A stretch of DNA of 30,688 nucleotides from Anaerolineae bacterium (lineage in GTDB: Bacteria > Chloroflexota > Anaerolineae > Aggregatilineales > Phototrophicaceae). Positions 10,901-16,900 of this stretch are shown piece by piece. Under the pieces are notes generated by a model, which did not search any database, was not told the origin of the DNA, and saw nothing but the letters and a program-made list of their open reading frames with translations. The position numbers and the translations under genes were made by a program. The DNA lies in assembly GCA_015492875.1 (NCBI GenBank), contig WGEI01000449.1, positions 1 through 30,688 on the forward strand, written 5' to 3'. The stretch's first letter is position 1. Each line of letters opens with the position of its first letter.

Positions 10901-13900
10901 AATCATACCGATTTCGGCTGCGGTGCCGGTGAACTCGAAGCGTACTTCTGCGCCGTAGCTATAGCTGGTCATCACACTGCCACCATAGTAGCTGCGGGTG
11001 TTGACACGTTGTTGCCATGTGCCGCTTTCGATGATGTGAACGTCGTCCACAGTGAAGGTGACTACGCCACCGCTGGCTGTGAACTGAATTTGCGCAGTGC
11101 CGCTGATGTCTGATGCGGCGCGCACAACCAGTGTCTGCCATTTACCGGTGATGGTGTTGTCGGCAGTAGCATCGTAGACGGTTGTGCCGCTCACGCTCAT
11201 CTGCACTGTGCCAACGGCGCCTGAGGCGATATTCACACGGGCGATGACCGTGTACATCTTGCCATTTTGCAGTTGGAAGTCTTCGCTTTGGATGCCCTGT
11301 CCAGCAGCTGTTGCAACAACTTGTCGTCCGCGAGCGCCTTCATAACGAAGCCCGCTATAGACGTTACTGGTGGCTGGCAACCCGCCGATCTCACTCCAGT
11401 GGCCATCAACTTCCATCTTGCCATTGCGCACAAGGTCATTGCTGCCAGTCTGGTAGATGATAGCGGGGTTGGTGCTATCATGCTGGCCTTCGGTTAGCGG
11501 GCTGCTGCTATCCACAACTTCCACGCTATCCAATCCAGCGCTGCCCGTTGTCAATAAGGTGATGCTGACGATGTGCGGGCCAGTGTTGCCGCTCTCATTG
11601 AACTTGAACGAGACCGGTTGCGCAGTGGCCGTGCCGCCATCGTTATTGATTACCTGGCAACGTTGCTGGCTCAGGTCTACTGATAGCGGCCCTCCGCTGA
11701 CCGGCGCCGCACAGATGAGGAACGGCGTGTAAGCGCGGCGTGTATTGCGGTTGATGATGATGGCATCGCCGCCATCAGTGCGGAAGGCGACCGTTGCGCC
11801 CGGTGCGCCACCACGCCCCGGCGTATCAACCTTGCCATTGAGTGCGCCGCGTTGGTTCGCTGTTGACCAGTTCCCGAAGTATAGGAAGTTCTTATCAGCA
11901 TCGCGGTTGGTGTAGTTGAAGTCATATGCCATGCCAGTGCTCAAGATATTGAGGTTGCTGGTATCGTTCCAGTTCGATGTGTTGAGCCATGGTGTGTCGT
12001 ATACACGAACACCATCGAACCGCATCGTGACCGGCGCTTTGGCGCCCGTATGCGCTTTAGGCGCGTAGTCATCATCGAGCATCTGTACGACAACAGTGAA
12101 GTTGCCATATTCAAATGGCCCGACGAAGCGGCGGCCTTGAGAGACTAATCGTGCTGATTCATTGTTTTCGATATGGCAAGCGCCGCTATTCAACACTGTG
12201 TTGACATCGCTTGCTTGCGCGCCATCGGAGAGCAAATCGCCACTGTAAACACAGATGAGGACAGCGTCTGCTTTGTTGTTGAACTCGAACAGGATTTCCG
12301 CTGCCGTCCCTTGGAAGCCGAAGATGATGCCATCGCCCACCGTTTGGGTTTCCATCATCCCCTTTCCAGAGGCGCGAGTAGCGAAACGCGATTCCACTTG
12401 ACTGAAGGCATCACCGCCGATGGTGTAGGTTGGGCTAGGTGTGCCAAAGCCAGTTGTGCCGAAGAAGTAAATATCCTCAGAGAACTCCTCGAACAAACCT
12501 GTTGGTAAGGCTGCGCTAGTATCCTGAACGGCGACGCGGTCAACGCTGAATTTCTCGTTAGTCAGGCTGAAGATTTCAACCACATGATTGCCACTACTCG
12601 CCCAAGCGCTACGGAACATGCTCTCGGTGAAGACCATGCTGCCATAAACAGGCTGCATGATTGTGTCGTTAACTGGCGAGAATGTACCGTCTGCCTGTAC
12701 CTGTTGGTATTGGTATGTGCCGCTGATTGTCTCTGGGTTTTGGCGCATATTAACGACCACACAGTTGCCTGCTTGTGTGCTGCTATCTACTGCGCGGTCA
12801 ACACAGACCATCAGGTTCTGGCTATCCAAACGGAAGTTGGATTGGTGATACACATAGAACGTATCAGCAGCGTTGGGTATTTCGAATGTCACGGCTGGAC
12901 CAGCGGCGATGACACCACGATTGAGCGCTGCAACCGTGTCATATGGCGCACGCCCAGCGAAGTTCAACGCCCAGCTATCGTCCAAACCGTTGTTGAAGAT
13001 GAACTTATCTAGTTCTGCAACATCCGTTTCGCCAAAGCCCATCGGTTGCAGTGGGTCATTGAATACTGTGATGGAATCGATGAACATCCGCTCGCCAGTT
13101 GGCACGCTGAGCACATCAATTGTCACTGTATAGGTTATCGGGTCTCCGTTGCTATCGAAGGCTTGTAGGCCATTGAATGGGCGGAAGACCTTGTAAGTGG
13201 TTGCTTTTGCTGCGCCCAGTGCGTTGTCATAGCGTTGGCATATGTCGACGCCGGTTCCCGTTACACAAACGTTGTAAGTTGCGCCCGTGCCATCCAGCCC
13301 GATGTCTTCCAGAATTGTGCCAATAGCGAAGCCAGTTGCGCCCGTAATCTGGAAGGTTAGGTCGGCATTGGCGTCGGTTGTTGTGCGGGCTAAGCCACCG
13401 GTGGCTTTTGCATCGGTGAGTTCTGTCCAGTTACCTGCTGCGGTAAACATATCGATGAGTTCGCCTGATGATACATCGTAGAAGCCCGGTGCTAGCGGGT
13501 CTGCGTTTGCAGATGCCGATGGAATGATACTGAACGCATCAACTTGGAGTTTAGGGCCGTTAGCGCCAGCTGTGCCGTTCGGGTTGTTGGTGATGACAAC
13601 TGTATGCACTGTTACATCGTTGAGGCCGTTACAGGTTACGGTGTAGCCCAATACCGTGCGTTCACCAGTTGAAGACTGTGTTGCACCATTGGTCACGCGC
13701 GAGTTGATGAGCACGTTGCCATTAGTTGCTGCATAGGTAGAGCAGGTGACAGGGAGGGCATCTATTGTCAATGTGGCTGTGGATTCGCCATTAGCGCCAA
13801 CTGTCCAGTTCGGGATATTGCTTCCACCGCCGCTATCTCGGATGTCGAGTTGCCATTCCCCAGCTCCAGATGGCAAGCCTTCCATATAGAGGGTGAAGCC

Positions 13901-16900
13901 TGCGCCAATGAAGCGGAAGGTGGCTTGGTCACCGTTGATACGTGTTTCATGCAAGGTGTTGTTGATGCCCGTATCTGAGTAAATCGGCTTCCAGCCCGTG
14001 CCACTATAGCTGAAGGCGAAGCTGCTGTCATCATGCAAGCCTTCATCTGGAATGTCGCTCACGATGCGCACACGGACGTACATATCAATCGTTGCGCCCG
14101 CATTGCCATTGGCTGGGTTGCTATCGGTGACGGTGTAATGCAACACTGTCATGCCAGCGGCATCGGCGACAGGAGTGAGGCTGACCTCGCCAGTGGCTGT
14201 GTTGACAGCACTTCCCAGATTAGTGAATAGGGTGGCGGGGTCATCGCCTGCGTTACCTGCGCCCAATTCATTATCCGCCCAGTCTAGTTGACTGTATGTG
14301 AATGGGAACTGGCGCTTATCTGTTGCACTGCTATCGGATAGGAAGAAGTTATCCGTTGTGAAGAATGGCCGTAGATTGAATTGAATGGTTGTGTTCATGA
14401 TGCCTGCAGCGCTGAATTCATTACTGCTCACACCATCCCACACTGGCGAACTCAATGTTGTGTCATCGTCTGTGGTTGATGGACGAATGACGATTGTCAA
14501 AGTGCCCTGTGCTAATGCGCCAATGCTATCGATAGCTTGATAGTCGAAGGTAACATCTGGTGGCACGCCAGTGGTATCTGCCCAACCGACATTGCTCGCA
14601 CCAGTATCTGTGAAGAAGTGCGCAGGTGGGCAGTAGTAGGCGGTTGAACCGATGATGATGACGCCATTGGAGTTGCTATAGTTGACACCTGTAGGTGTGC
14701 CCGGTGGCAGCGGGCAATCCACGCCATAGTTATCAGGGGATACTGCCAATGAGAATGTCAATGAGCCAAAGCCACCTTCAACATGCTGCCCTAGTTCATG
14801 TGATACATAAGGCACATTGTCTTCTATGATGTCTGGCAGTACGACATTATCCTCACCACTCTTGATACGGAGTGGCACAAACTCAAATGCGCCGATGTCA
14901 ATATCGAGATTGGTGTCAAGGTCAGAGTCTTGTTTACGTACATTATCGGCATAGTCACGGCTATAGTCTAATCCCGCACTTATCAGCGCATCATAAACAG
15001 CGGTGTTCCCCGTCTCAACACCTTCATTCAAGAATGTTGGACTCAAACGGCGTAATTGGTAGTAAAGCGGGTCTGTCAAGGCATTCAGGCTCAGCAGTGG
15101 ACCAACGAAGCGGTTATCGTTGGGGTCTGTACCGGGTTCTGGGTCGACATTAACGATATTACCATTCAGACCATTATTGCTACCGTCAGCAATGGTTGTA
15201 TGGCACACGCCACCTTCACCTGTCGTGAAGAGTCCATCCCAATCCCAAATCCAGTTATTTGTTGCGCCTTGATTGTTGGTGCCGTTGAGGTTTTGGCATA
15301 GATTATCTGGCACATCTCGTACAAGCACGAGACCGCCGGGAATTTGATTGTCTGTCAGTAAGTTATTGTGGAATTCCCACGGCGCATTGTTGATACTGCC
15401 GTAATTGTTGCTGTTGCCCGTCGTGGAATCGTCAGCATCGCCGCGTAATATCACTGCGCCGAACTCAACTCCAGAAGCACTTAGATTATTGTGTGCGAGG
15501 GTATTGTTCACAAAATGGAACGCCCGCACAAAATACAAGCTGAATAATGGACCTGGTGTCCCCGCATCAATGGCTGTTGTGTTGTTTAGGATGACATTGC
15601 CCACAACTCGCACCGGTGTTGTATCAGCTGCGCTACCGGTTGAGATACGAATGAGCGAGTCGATATTGTTCCCAACGAAAGCGTTATTCACAACATCAAC
15701 TGCACTGTTCTCAAGGGCTAATAAACCTTTGAAGAACAAGCTGCCGCTGATGATTGGGCGAGAGGAATTTGTATGCGTGTTGTTGCTAAAGGTGTTGTTC
15801 CGTATCTCGACCGGATTAGCTGAGACACCGGAGTTAGTCACCTGGATGGTTGGCGAATTAAGCGTTGAGCCAGTTAAGCCATTAAATGTGTTATATGAGA
15901 TGATGACACCATCGCTGCTATTGATGACGCTAATCATCGGGTAGATAACATCGTTCATGCTAGAAAAGTTGTGATACATCAACGAGGCATCATCTGAAGC
16001 ATCAACCAGAATGGGGCGTGCTGTCGGAACGAAGAAATCTAGCCGTTGGGGAATGCGGAATGTAAACCCGTGGAAACCAAAGGCAGTTGTCCCGTTTTTG
16101 ATATACACGCCAGCAACGTCGCTATCAAGATATGTATTCATCACCGGCATGATGCTATCGGCGTTGTCTGCGCTAGTGACGGAATCATAAGAGTAGACAT
16201 TCACGGCGGGTGCGCCATTGAAATAAAGCGGTGTAGCCCACTCTCCAGGCCCGACGATGATACAATCGCCCGCACTCGCGTTATTAACCGCTTGCCCAAT
16301 GCTGGTGTATGGTGTAGCTTCCGAGCCGTTGGGCACGCTGTTGCCCAATGTGCCCAAGTCTTGTGAGACGTAGATGAAGCCCGTGCACGCGGCTGGGGCG
16401 TTATCTGGCACAGCGGGATGGCTAATCTGGCTTAGGTCGTACGTCGGCGAGCCAAGCACAGCAAAGCCCGCGCCATAAACCATATCAAAGCCATCAGCAC
16501 TGCTGCCAAATGGCATATCGAACGAGTGCCCCATCAAGTAATCTTCAATAGCATCGACTGCGGCAGAGCCACCAGTGCTGAACTGCGGCATATTGCTGTT
16601 GTTTTGCTTCATCAGGGCGATAATGCCGCCGATATGTGCTGCCGCCGCGCTTGTACCATTGAAGCCACCCACACAGTTAGAGGTGGGGCTACCGGTGCTT
16701 ACAGTAGAGACATAGGTCGGCCCAACGATTTCTGGTTTGACTTCGTTTTGGCTGTAGGGCGGGGTATCAGTTGGTGCGCTACCGCCTGCGCCAAATACGG
16801 GGCCGCGAGAGCTGTATTCATAGACTGGGTAATTATCATCTGGGCTGGCACAAACCGCACCAACCGTGATAGCTTCACGGGAATCAGCTGGGCGGCCTAA

